Shown here: piece by piece, positions 63,519 to 64,000 of the stretch
How the letters are laid out: the number at the start of each line of letters is the position of its first letter
How positions within the stretch are numbered: position 1 is the first letter of the stretch
Origin: an uncultured Chthonomonadaceae bacterium
Lineage (GTDB): Bacteria > Armatimonadota > Chthonomonadetes > Chthonomonadales > Chthonomonadaceae
DNA length: 64,000 nucleotides
Assembly: GCA_963817895.1 (NCBI GenBank)
Contig: CAWFQB010000007.1
Coordinates: 32,001-96,000, forward strand
Direction: 5' to 3'
The notes under the pieces: generated by a model
Told to the model about the DNA's origin: nothing
Database searches by the model: none
What the model saw: the letters and a program-made list of their open reading frames with translations, nothing else
Position numbers and translations under genes: made by a program

Positions 63519-64000
63519 ATGGCAGGCAGAGAGCAGGAAATTGCATCGGAAGCGGACGGCGCGGCGGACCAAGTGTTGGAGCAACGCCTGACGGAACTGC
63601 AAATCAATCCCCGGCATGCGCATGAACTGCAAATGATAGAGGAAGCGGACGAAGACGTCACAAACGCCGGGAACGGACACGGGCATCACCACGACGCCCG
63701 CAGCCTGCTGCACATTGACACGATCTACATGGAGCCGCAAATCGAAGAGTATGCGCGAGGGCGTGAAATTCTGGCCCGCTTCCCCGACGCCAAACGCATT
63801 GCAATCGCTTCCCACTGGAAAATCCCCGAACTGCACGGCAATGCGGAACTGGTTCAGGATTGGGTCAAGGTAAAGCGCAATGTGCTGGTGCTTGGCGTCA
63901 AGAAATCACTGGCCGCCATGCCCTACGAGCGCAGTTGCGATTTCGTCGCGCCTTCCCACGCAAATGGCTGCTCGATGGCTTGCTCGTACTGCTTATGTCG
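63519..64000 (+). CDS. Spore photoproduct lyase-family radical SAM protein (partial)
   Basis: Not in ORF track. Manual translation gives IY.EP..ARGREILARFPDA..SHWKIPELHG..KRNVLVLGVKK..DFVAPSHANGCSMACSYC. Confidence 0.85.
   Translation, partial: MAGREQEIASEADGAADQVLEQRLTELQINPRHAHELQMIEEADEDVTNAGNGHGHHHDARSLLHIDTIYMEPQIEEYARGREILARFPDAKRIAIASHWKIPELHGNAELVQDWVKVKRNVLVLGVKKSLAAMPYERSCDFVAPSHANGCSMACSYCLC

Noticed and set aside
1..64000. CRISPR array, tRNA, rRNA
   Set aside because: No regularly spaced 25-40-bp repeats with unique spacers and no cas genes; no cloverleaf or rRNA signature recognised by eye

Overview
GC-rich bacterial chromosomal window. Gene content and style suggest Armatimonadota or a similar soil lineage (inference, not tested). 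Many otherwise conserved genes carry 1-bp indels, so most split ORFs are probably long-read consensus errors and are annotated here as single genes. In order, the window holds: an SIS sugar-isomerase gene and a Gly-rich secreted protein; a complete STM4015-STM4011-type operon of unknown function (LRR protein, ATP-grasp ligase, sulfatase-fold hydrolase, two radical SAM enzymes) with an internally deleted macrodomain gene inside it, facing a convergent LRR-DUF6745 plus small His-motif gene pair; sugar catabolism genes (GH31, GH42, pgl, GH127); a dispersed DUF6599/DUF362/polyferredoxin/Tat-AKR redox module interleaved with XisH/XisI, Uma2 and VapBC; stress genes (YsnF, two Tat ferritin-like proteins, SPL-family radical SAM); an FGSW-repeat protein; a low-GC NLR-like NACHT-LRR gene split by an intact IS3-family element (GATT duplication); and a NotI-family nuclease whose adenine methyltransferase partner has an in-frame amber stop. 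Intergenic DNA contains at least three families of palindromic or inverted-tandem repeats, one copy lying in frame inside a CDS. No rRNA, tRNA or CRISPR array was seen.
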